The notes beneath the pieces were generated by a model that was given only the letters and a program-made list of their open reading frames with translations, did not search any database and had not been told where the DNA came from. DNA of 64,000 nt from Fimbriosthenelais zetlandica (lineage: Eukaryota): assembly GCA_977030845.1 (NCBI GenBank), contig OZ365113.1, forward strand, positions 15,500,001 through 15,564,000. Direction: 5' to 3'. Position 1 is the stretch's first letter; each line of letters begins with the position of its first letter. Positions 12,036 to 23,410 of this stretch are shown in pieces. The position numbers were made by a program, and so were the translations under genes.

Positions 12036-15000
12036 ATGTCGGCATTACGCAGCTCTGAGAACTACATCTGGTCTACCCACGATGTCCTGGGACAGGGGGC
12101 CACGGCTGCCGTCTACAAGGCAAGGCATAAGGTCAGTCTACCTAATACAAACTTTATGGCATTCATGATTGTACGGTATACTTAATTTATGTTTAGTATC
12201 CATAAGGCAGCACTGCTTTAAGGAAATAATTATAGGCATAGCACTACTACATAGTGATTACATATACAAGATTTATTTATGTAGTTGAAATCGGACAGTT
12301 TATATTCAGTATTGCTGTGATGTACAAAATGGGACTAACTCTATTTCATATTCTTCTTCTGATTCCCTACAGCGGACAGGCATGCTGTTTGCAGTGAAAA
12401 CATTTAATCAAAAGAGCCACATGCGACCGCTCGATGTGCAGATGCGGGAGTTTGATGTTATGCTAAAGTTAAACCATGAAAATATAGTGAAATTGCTGGC
12501 CATCGAAGAGGAGGTGAGTTCTGACTTCACAACCCATCCTACTATAATAGTCTATATTGATGACATTGTTAGACTGGTATATTAAATTATTATGGATGCC
12601 TATTATAATAATCACATCTAAAATATGAGAAATGTATAATGTTCCAAGTATACATTTTAATGGTTCTGTACATTGTTTTCTGAATACATTATATTATTTT
12701 AAATTTAATATATTAAATAAGATTGGTCCTGTCAATGTATAGGTGACCTCTCACAGTAAGATGCTGGTGATGGAGCTCTGTACTGGAGGCAGCCTCTATA
12801 ACATGCTGGACGACCCAGTCAATGCGTTTGGTCTGGAGGAGACAGAGTTTCTTTCTGTGGTTCGCGACGTTGGTGAGTATTGCTTAAAAGAAAGACAGCC
12901 TGAAGAACGTGTAGAGATATGACAGACAGAAATAATATCGAATTGGAGATCCAAATCTATTAATTTTAATAGCTCTCCTGGTATTTCCCAAATTTAGTCC
13001 ATGTATACCTATTTTTATATATAGCGGGAGGCATGAAGCACCTGCGGGATCAGGGCATCATCCACCGTGACATCAAACCCGGAAACATCATGCGTTATAT
13101 CAGTGAGGATGGTCGGTGAGTACCTGCTCTAATTAATTAACAAATATAATATATGTCCATTTCATTTTTCCTGGATATGTGTCCCAAATTAATAATCACA
13201 GTGAAATTACGTTATATGTGAAGATGTTAATAAATTCTGTAACATGTGATTTGATTTGTTTGCCAGGGCCATGTATAAGTTGACAGATTTTGGCGCAGCT
13301 CGGGAACTGGACGAGGAGGAGCAGTTTATGTCTCTGTATGGTACTGAGGAGTACTTGGTGAGTTCCTTTTGCTATACAATTTCTCCAAATACATTGTATC
13401 TATGATATATATTAAAATGTAATAAATATTTTTATACATCTAAAACTCATGAGTTAATATTGATATGTTTTGTCGTCTGGTAGCATCCTGATCTGTACGA
13501 ACGAGCGGTTTTACGTCGCCCCATGTCTGGACCCTTCACAGCCACCGTGGACCTCTGGAGTCTCGGGGTCACATTTTATCACGTGGCTGCTGGCCAGCTT
13601 CCTTTCCGGCCATATGGAGGCCGCAGGAATAGAGAAACTATGTAAGTATACGGTACGACTTTCTCTTCACAATTGAATTGATAAATAGTTCTGTTTACCT
13701 AATCACCTGATTTAAAAAAAAATGAGACTAGGTTGTGAACCCGGCGAGTTTTAATTTAAATACTTTTATTTTTTGAGAATTGATAAATTGTGAGATAGGA
13801 TAATTGTATATTTGGAAATTAGTTAAGAAAATCAGGACCGCCTGAAAATACGCCGAATGGTGGTAATGTTTTTTGTAAATGATTAGGCCTATGTCTTAAT
13901 AACCGAAAATGTCTATATATATCCATGCCACAGTTTTCTTTTTGACAATCTTGGTTAAACAACTATGTTAATTGTGTTGGTCAGGTATATGATAACCACC
14001 GAGAAGGAGTCGGGCGTGATTTCTGGTGTTCAGCATGCGGAAAATGGACAGATAGAATGGAGTCGCGATCTGCCTCGACACTGCCGCTTGTCTGTGTAAG
14101 TCAAATCTCTACCTACCCACATGTGTTGACCTGTGTAGTCAATTATATGTATTAATTATACCATTTATACTTTTTTATTCGGAAAACATTCACAGAAATT
14201 TCTCCTATTAATTATACCATTTATACTTTTTTATTCGGAAAATATTCACAGAAATTATAATTTCAGAAGTAATTAGATATTTTCTCTCCACGCAGCGGGG
14301 CCCGTCGGATGATTGTACCTCTGTTGGCAGGATTGATGGAATGTATACAGACGCGTATGTGGACGTTTGATCAGTTCTTCCACGAGGTTCACGATATTGT
14401 GTCCAAATACAGGATCTATGTCTTCAATGTGGGCACAGCGACACTCCTCAATATTTACTTAGATCCCAAGGAGAAGTAAGTACAACTCTCTGATTATGCT
14501 TGGCGTGGTTTTGTAATTTATTACTGACAATGGAAAAAACTATCCAAAGAGATAATTTTAAGGGATTTAAAAATTGGTCATTTTCACCTCTCATTTAAAA
14601 GGTACGCCAAGCTCTGCGAGGAGATTGCTTCACAGACAGATGTGCCTGCTAACCGTCAGGTGCTCTTTTACAACAATTCTCTCCTCGTGAAACAAATCAA
14701 CCAGTTACAGTCCGTGGATTCCATCCGTGGCACCTCCCCTGATAACCCCATCCTGCTTTTCCGGAATGAACATTCTGATTTTGACCGATGCCCATTTTTT
14801 GACATCCGTAAGTATTAACTAACCATTCTTGCACTAAATGATGTATACCATTTAAGAATGACCATATTTGGGTTATGATATTATAATGGTTTGTTGTACC
14901 TCTGATCTTCAATTGGACTTATTTTTTTCAGCACCGTTCCCACCTATGGTAACTAATCAGATTGTTTTGGATCGTGACTACAAAGATTGTAAAGCCACAT

Positions 15001-17520
15001 GTGGGACTTTGTACCTAATTCAGCGTTATGTTGCAACCATCACCGAGAGCAGGCAGTATTTCAACAAAGCTGTTGCTACATACCTGTGAGTCTACAAAAA
15101 TCATTTCATATAAACATGATTTTGTTTCCCTAAGCCTACCTTTGATATTCACAAATTTGATGAAAATATAATTTAGGAAATATGAACGACATAGAAAAAG
15201 AGCGAGGTCCCCACTTCAATGCGACCGTATTAAAAAAAATTTAGAAATTAATAGAGACTTGATGCCAACTCTACGCTTACAGATTCGGGCTGCGTAATGA
15301 AATAGAGCAAGTTCGCCAGCAGGTCTCCCAGTTTGAAGTTATCTGTCGTGAAACGGATCACCGTACCAACTACTTCGCTAACAGTCACATGACGCAGCGT
15401 CAGCTTGTCGAACTCTACCTCAAGTCGCTGCCGGACGCTGACATTGCCACTTCCAAGGAAGAGATCCGCCAGTTTCTTGACACCTTAGAGAAAAGGACAT
15501 TCGACCACCAGACAGCACTGTCTGAGGTAGGCGGCTTTGTCTTATAATTGTGTGAAGTTATTTATAGGAACTCCTGCTTCTGGTGGGTTAGTTTCCTTCC
15601 CAAACAGGGACAGTCTGAAACTCTTGAGTTTCATTACAAGAACCTGTCTAGGCTTTCCTTTAATCAGTTTTTTTTTAAATCCAGGTTTTCCATGGAGTCA
15701 AGAATATGAAGAAGTATGCGGATGATTACCAGCAACGCGTTGTTGTTTGTCGTGACCTTGAGAAGTCATGGCGAGACACGTCCTTTGATATCGAACAAGA
15801 CAGATAGTAAGTCAGAGCAGCTTTATAGAATGTAAGAAAATAGCCAGAAATTACCCTGATAATATAATATAATAATCAACCGCTTTCATTTGTAAAGAAT
15901 GTGATCAGTGTAAGGATTATGGTTTTCAGTGTTGAGCGTATGGAAGGCCCGCTGCGCACAGCACGTCAAATCATGGTGGACTTTGGCCGTGATCGGAGCA
16001 TGAAGAGAATGCCGTTCAATGAGGAACAGATACACATCTTCAATAAGTAAGTCTCAGGCTGATTGGCTTTTTGAATTCAGTAACTAATGGATTATATCTA
16101 TGGCTGTAGAAAGGGGCGAGGAGAGGGATGGAGATGGCTACAGAAAGGGGCGAATTAGAACCAGGGATGTGGGAGAGAGGATGGTGGAAGATGGCTGTAG
16201 AAAGGGGCGAATTAGAAAGGAGTGTGTGGGAGTGTGTGTACACGCATATGTGAAGTTAATGTATGCGTTATGTCAAGCTTATACATTGCTATTAAATGCT
16301 GCTTTAAAATTTATCCACAACAGGATGAGACTTAATGACATCTGTAGTGGAGCTGTATCCATATTTGAATGCTGCACACATAATCTCGGTCGTGATTTTG
16401 AAGAATATCAGAAATGGTTCAAGTAAGTATTTTGCTGATATATTTGATATAGATGGCCTTTATAATGATATAGATGACCTTTGGAATGATATAGATGACC
16501 TTTATAATGATATAGATGACCTTTATAATGATATGGATGACCTTTATAATGACGATATGATATAGATGACCTTTATTATTCTGTGTAGGACGGCCAGCAC
16601 AGTGAGAGTGAAGCTCTGCCGCCTACAGTCACAAGTACGAACTCTGGCTGACCGCCATATGCAAGCTGCTGGTCAACTTGACAAGGTACGCTTCCATTCT
16701 TTCTCATCATAATCCTTCTGTAAAAGTAATGTCGATTTATACAGAGGTCATTTACTGGGAAACACATTCTCACTATTCTTAGTACATGTCCGTCTCTGCC
16801 TTTACTCATTACAGTTTTGAAAAAAAAATGTCCTCCTTATATTCCCGGTTAGAATAAAAGAATTAATTGAAATTTTTTTTTTTACTCATTACAGGCTATG
16901 GCCGAGCATCACCGCAAGATGCAAGGTCTGAAAAACCAACTGGAGCACCGCCAGAAAGATCGACCCCTTACTCTGAATACCCTCAACTCTGAGAGCATAC
17001 CAGGTGCCTCCCTCACCTCCTCCTACACCACCCCCTCGCTCAGTACCTCCACCACCTCCTCCTCCCCTCCCTCTGTGGCCACGGAGTCCATTTCTACACA
17101 AGTTGACCAGTATGTGCAGGTGTCTCCACCGCCCCCCGAGAGACCACCCAGGTCATCTAAGATAGCCAATATCAATAAAGGCCTCCTACAGCAAATCAAC
17201 CAGAAGTGAGTACCATCAAAATAATCATATACAATTCTGAGCAGGAAATTAGAATCACTATCAAATTAATAAAATATCTTTTACTTTTCAGCCTCATGTC
17301 GTTGCAAATCGATTCCAGCAGTATCAAAGATGTGGTACAAGAAAATGCAGATCTTCTCAAGCAGTAAGTCGATATTATACCAACTATCCCATCTAGAGTT
17401 GATATAGATAAATTTATATATATAATACTTACAAACGTATCTGTAATGTTTTCCAGGCTTGAAGAATTCAGCTTCACACCACCGTTCCTCAGCGCCGACT
17501 CAGGGATGGAGTCTGTGTAA
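12036..17520 (+). CDS. TBK1: TBK1/IKK-epsilon family Ser/Thr kinase, 18 coding exons, 827 aa: join(12036-12131,12373-12513,12743-12872,13025-13115,13267-13357,13484-13641,13985-14095,14296-14475,14602-14807,14932-15085,15283-15526,15685-15806,15930-16046,16324-16422,16589-16685,16895-17205,17292-17363,17457-17520)
   Basis: Hand-spliced with GT-AG introns; 2484 nt, in frame with no internal stop. Motifs: [28 protein letters not shown], and the TBK1/IKKe-diagnostic loop [35 protein letters not shown]; then a ubiquitin-like region, helical scaffold (MPFNEEQIH) and C-terminal helix (VVQENADLL). Invertebrates typically have one orthologue of both TBK1 and IKBKE. Confidence 0.96.
14150..14256 (+). 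repeat. Tandem direct duplication (~51 bp x2, period 56) in TBK1 intron 7
   Basis: TATTAATTATACCATTTATACTTTTTTATTCGGAAAA(C/T)ATTCACAGAAATT occurs at 14150 and 14206. Confidence 0.9.
16100..16217 (+). repeat. Three dispersed copies of a ~20-27 bp purine-rich unit in TBK1 intron 13
   Basis: ATGGCT(GT/AC)AGAAAGGGGCGA at 16100, 16134 and 16191. Confidence 0.8.
16446..16579 (+). repeat. 21-bp minisatellite (~6 copies) in TBK1 intron 14
   Basis: Unit GATATAGATGACCTTTATAAT at 16446, 16467, 16488, 16509, 16530 and 16559. Confidence 0.92.
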
Positions 17521-18068
17521 CTAGTCCCCCGGTAATTAGTGTAGACTTTTCTCTCTACCATTCTTCTAGCTCTAGAAAAAACGCCAGTAAATCTGTGGAT
17601 AGGCTTAGATGTACATGTATTTGGCGGTCTCCGCTTCGTATTGTCAGTTTATTTGACGTGAAACCTTTCACTTAGAATCATCAGTTATCAATCTGATGTC
17701 AGAAATGAAAACATTTCACCTGCAATCAATCCATGTTTTTTCCGCTGATTATCGTAGTCGATCAGGGCTTAACTTGATATAATCTCTGTGTATGCAATCT
17801 TAGCCAGATACTTTGAAGAAGGACATAGAAATCCGAGAATATTGCTAACGTCATATATTATTCCCATATTCTTAACGACAGTGTAAAGCCCCATCTTCAC
17901 TAAGCCGTCCCTTTGACATGCGTCATTTATGTTGGCTCGTCATTATCCCGAACGTGCGTCAAGAAATGGCTTTGTGGACATTGGGCTTAGGAAACGCTTG
18001 TGAATACATCATTGCAACATTGAAAAAGGATCACTACTTATCTTACGTCAACTAAAATATTTAACATA

Positions 18069-18074
18069 AATAAA
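18069..18074 (+). terminator. Candidate TBK1 polyadenylation signal
   Basis: First AATAAA noticed after the stop codon (~550 nt), followed by AT/T-rich sequence. Confidence 0.45.
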
Positions 18075-19205
18075 ATTGAATTGGTTTAATACCTCAGGCC
18101 AAATATTCTAGAATCTTACCTTATATATATGTAATATATGTTCCTAATGTGTGTTTAATGTTTATTTAAATTGCATATAATTTCCATGAGATAGAAGATT
18201 GTAATATTTATGGTTGTACATATTGTCCTGCATATAATATATCTACATGTATATCATTACCTACTACGCCGACCTTTACTAGATTTCCATTGGAGATAAC
18301 ATTAAATTTTCATCAGAATTGAATCTATTTATAAGATGTAATAATTGTTAAACCTCTATTTCAGCAACCTGTTCATAGAACTTAAAGACTGATATGAACC
18401 AAGATCTTACCCAACCAGTAAGAATAAATTCCTCTGTTTGTTAACACTAGTTGAGCTAAGTTTTGTTCACTGTTCTTTTAACGTTTTACATTTAAGTTTT
18501 CTCTTTGATTATTATGTTCATTGGCATTCCATTATCGTCTATTTATACAATGATAATACATATAGGCCGATATTATGGCTTTATGTATCATGTGTGGTCA
18601 GCCTTCACTGTGCTGAATCAGCATATCAGCAGTCCGCAGCGAAAAGATTCGCACTTGATGGAGACTGCTAGCTATTGTTTTGTACATTATCATTTCTGAC
18701 CCTGGCGATTTTTTGGGTGCCGATTTATCACATTATACGATCGTCGTGGTGATAATCATAACTATAATCATAACCATAGTGATCACGGCATATGACTACA
18801 TTCAGTCCTCTATGAACCGTTGAAGGGGTTTAGTATAGTATAATATTATTGTTTGTGAATGAAGACATTATAATAGAAGGCCTATTACTGACGTCGACTA
18901 GAATCTACTAATAGGACCGTTCATTTTGGTTAACCGCCTGCTGTTGAAGTGAGCCGCTTGGTGGCATTTCGATTCGGTTAGGCTTTTAAGTATAGGCTTA
19001 GATCTCATGATTGGATACAGATATAAGTGATTAGACGTTGCACTATACTATTAATAGTTAGGTATTTACTACAGTATGCGAGTACTTCTAAACCTAGTAC
19101 TATACTATTCATAGTACCAACGAGTTACTAACTAGTAAGTACTACAATGCACCATATACTGACGCGGCCTCTATGCTCTCTTTGGTTACCTTGTTGTCGT
19201 ACACC

Positions 19206-22200
19206 TCACCAGGTGGCAGCACTGAGCGTTATTCAGCTTTTCACATTGAAATGAAGTCCAAGAGTTTGCCGTTTTATAATATGACTCACACTATAGGCTA
19301 GTGTGCCTTAGATTGCAAAAATCGAGTCGTCTATTGATTGATGCACTCAGTCATTCTATTTTGCCAATATATGACCGTATCCGGTTTAATAAAGATACTT
19401 TTGTAGATGCCATACCCTAAACTTTCAGCCCAGTATTTTACGGCAACTCTTTTTCACAAAGGTATGAAACCCTTTGGGAAGCTGGAACTTTCAAACTTTT
19501 AAGTTGCCATGTCTTAAGACACTATGTCACATGTGGCTCACTATATACTGGTTGATTAAGGCATATTTCAAGTATGTTTTAAATGACCCAATTAACTGAC
19601 GGGCGAATCTTTCTTTTAGTGTCCTGCGTGCTTGGTCTTCCATGGGACCAATGGCCATGATTTTGGCCGTTTTGAAAGGTAAGTGAAATTTAAGTGCTGT
19701 ATGAAGATTTCTTACTTAAATAGGTCTTTTCTCAGCCTTTTTCTTCACACCTGCACCTGTGCACTACTTGCGGTGATTGAGTGTATGTATCTGGTCACCA
19801 GAGGGCAGTAATTAAACCTAATGACGATGACAGCCCCCCATCAAATGCACAATGACAATGGCAGAGGTCACAACATGCCAAGTATGACAATAGCGAGAGG
19901 GACTAGCTTGATCATGACATAGGGCCATTATCACGACCTAGGCCTGCACCCTTTCCTCTTTCCTCACCCCCAACCCGGGGGTTCTTTCAGGCACTTTTCC
20001 CAAATGCAAGCTCTCACTTTTAACTTAGGCCCTATTGTATATTTCCCGATAAAACCAAATGAGTTGAAACATTGGAATCCAATTCAATATAAATTGAGTA
20101 GGGGGAATCAGCCTCGTGTAGTGTGAGTGATAGACAGCATCTTGTGCACCAGCTGCCTATAGGTGGATATATAGCGGGTGTACATATGTTCCCAGGTGTA
20201 CTCATGGTATGACATACCTGTACGTGAAATGAACAATAGAAGGGTCATCACCAGGCCTCCACCTTTCTCATGTCGGAGAGCTGTTAGCCCTCAATCTCCC
20301 CCAGTAGCTTCAAATATAATTACACAAATTACCAGGAGGGCACCATTTTTGTGTTCCGCTATCCTGTCAGTCTAAACCCTCCCCCACAGATAAGGAAAAC
20401 ATTGTAAAAGGGGTATAGGGGGAGGGGCTGAAAAGGGTGTTGACAGAGGGAGAGGAGTAAAGCACCATTGCATGTCACAATTTTTCCCATCCTATTCACC
20501 GCTATAGTTGGTTTGGGCAGGCTTTGCTCCATAATTTTGCACTTTTCCCTCATGGAACAATAATGGAAAAAATAGCGTTAGCTGTAAGTGGGAGAAAAAC
20601 ATGAGTGTCTGTCACGCTCAGGTCACGCCAAGTCACTAACGTCAGCACGCGAGATTTGAAACAAACTGCTATATATGAAGTTTATCAGTTGGCTTTGAAA
20701 CTTATGTGTCTGCCCATGAACATCAAGAATTTGATCTTGATTTTAGCTGATGCCCGAATCCTTGTGAAGCCATTGTGGTATAAAGAATTCACCTTCACAA
20801 ATTTAGCCCTCTGTGCCTTTTTGGCCTCTAATAAGCCAAATGTTCTGATCTTTCCTCTGAAATCTAATCCTCATTGATTAAGGACCTACTGGTCATTCCC
20901 TGTACTCCCCGGTGCCCATACTTTGTGGCTGAAATTCCTGACTACAAAAAGATCTTTTCTTTATATTTCTATGGAAAGCTTCTTGCTTCTCAAAACATTG
21001 TGATGGCAAGCTATCAACTGATACCACGCTTCTCCCTGACTTGTAATCACCATTCCTCCGCCCTGATAAAAGAGGGCAGACGTTTTTTCAATGTATTAAA
21101 AGTTTGTTAGGGATACTGTTTCCTCTTCACCACGTGTACAGCACACCTGGGCACCCCTCGCTGTGATTAATAATAGATTTGTCCACCGTGCCCGACCCCT
21201 GGTGGCCACTCTGTAACAAAGATGTAGCCAATCAGAAAGCTTGTCTTATGCCGCTGGTCAATTATGGTAGAGGGGAGAGATTCTAAGTGACAATCATGAG
21301 CTGAGATGGGTTTGTAAGTTGGTTTTGCCTTGTCAGGTTTGGTAGAGATGGGTGGGGTTGATGAGTAGACGCCCTGGTGAGTGACTCTTGTACCATATGG
21401 TGACGTTCACTCGGCATCCGTTGTACGTCAACATGCCAGCCTTGATGCGTGTTGATTACAAGTGACAACGTATGTGTGAAAAAACCATGAGGAGAAAATC
21501 TAAATTTTCTCAGGGAAGGGACATAGAAGTATTACCAATTTACCAATATAATATTATATCAACCCTTACATGAATGCCTAAATCCAGTTCTCAAAGGTCA
21601 GGGCCCGGGGGTGATGCACGAGACAACTCTGAATTACAATGAAGGTCCAGACTCGTGTGTTGAGAATAATTTAACATAATTCAATTAATTAATATAATTC
21701 TGGGATGTTGATCTCTTGATTGGTGCAAAATCAGAATGTGGCGTGAGATGGGGAGTGATCACCCGTCCATGTCCTATGACCTCTGATGCTCATCAGTGCT
21801 CACAGGTAATCATAGTTAATCGAAATTGTACCCATTACCCTTTGATTTGCTTTACCTGGATGTGGGGTGTATAATATATAGATCTACATGGGCCAGTGTA
21901 CACAACTTTATTAAAAGCCCGTTCAGTACAATATTGGATCCCCCTACTTCCTACAAAGGTTTCACATTTTCATGTCTTTCCTGGTAAATTAGGCTGCGAG
22001 TGACTTTTATAACAGATCAAGGATATGTCAGTAGAGGACAGAGGTATGAGAGTCTCCTACTCATAAAGCGGATAGCTTTTGGGCCAGGAAAATCGGACAA
22101 TGAACTTGTGATGATGAAAGTTGCTCTTCAAATGTCTGCCTCAACTGCTTGCTTTTGATCAACTTGGATCTCAAGATGGCAGACACCTTCTCTTATTCCC

Positions 22201-23410
22201 AGCCTCCTTCACACCCTTTGTCAGTCATTCATGCCCTCAGACCTATTCTCTATGTATGGCTCTGTACCACAATGCTGCTAGAGGCCACTCTCAGCTATAC
22301 AACCTTCCTTTCCCCCTATAATGGGGCGAGGACAGCGCCTTGAGGCACCCCCACAAAAGTGCACCTCTCGCATCAAAGGCCTTACTTACCGCACCCACTT
22401 AATGCTGCGAATCAAAGACAAAGACCCGAACTCAATCGTAAAGCAAATTCCTGGCCAGAATTTGTTGTCACCCAATTAACTTCAGGCTAAAAGTTGGTGT
22501 TGTAGATCAGGGGCCAAGTGGGCAGGTTGATGTGATAGTCTTGTTATATTTCTATGGGCTACATCACAAACATCTCAACCATTGCGCGATCATCTCATTT
22601 CTCCATATTGAATTAGATGATAAACCGACATTCTTAAACTCTTCATTTAACTCCCGTCAGGCAATTCGGCAGAAAATTCAGGAAATACATTTTTGTTCTG
22701 ACTGAGAAAGAACTTCACACCCTCAACACAGCCATCTTCTGTGCTAACACATTGTACAGCAGCTAGGAAATGTCCTACTACATCTGTCCCAATCCCACAC
22801 ACATCAATGCTGAAGTCACAGATGCTGACAGTCAATGGAATGAGACAATGGAGGGAAAACAGTTGCATGTTACAAGATGGCAAGAAAGACACTCAGAGGT
22901 GGTCATTGTTGCACCTTAGACAACGATCGGTAAGATCTGGTCTCTGATCCCTGTCCTTCCGGTTATAACTGCAAATGTGTGGAACCTACGATTGCAACAA
23001 ATAAGAAATAACAGTTTGGTGGCCGTCAGCATAGGTCGAATCAATGCAATTATTTGGTCACAGTAATTTGTCACAGAAAACAGAGGGCCTTGCCCCCCAT
23101 ACATAGGCCAACATATTATATAGAACTGAGGAATGACCAATGCCTTAAATGCTATTTCATTTGTGGCATACCGTGTATATTTATTGGCAAATTATTCCGT
23201 TCACTGGGTGCCGCCCAAGTATCTATTCCCTCCTTCTAACCATCAGTGGCCATTGCTAACACTTGAGGTGTGATTATTACGTAGCTGGACCACCATAATG
23301 ACAATATACAGGAATTTCACATCGCGCGCCCGCCCCAGGCGACGCGCGATGATTGCTATGAGACGCTCTATGATACCTGCTTACGTAAAGAACGGCGCGC
23401 CACCTGGCGG
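19206..23410. promoter_or_regulatory. Cluster of CTCF-like motifs
   Basis: Matches to CCRSYAGRKGGCRS: 19206-19219 (+, 13/14), 19795-19808 (+, 13/14), 21192-21205 (-, 13/14), 23397-23410 (-, 14/14). Confidence 0.5.

Noticed and set aside
16335-16565. ORF with DIDDLYN heptad repeats
   Set aside because: Translation of the intronic 21-bp minisatellite, not a gene.
17518-17535. TBK1 stop followed by CUAG (readthrough-like context), which would add X-L-V-P-R
   Set aside because: The established leaky context is UGA-CUAG; UAA is the tightest stop and the extension is trivial.
19180-19190. TCTTTGGTTA resembling the miR-9 5' end
   Set aside because: Only 10 nt match and no hairpin partner. No conserved miRNA was recognised elsewhere, but a manual scan could miss some.
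22330-22339. GGACAGCGCC (REST/RE1 right half-site)
   Set aside because: Left half-site is absent.
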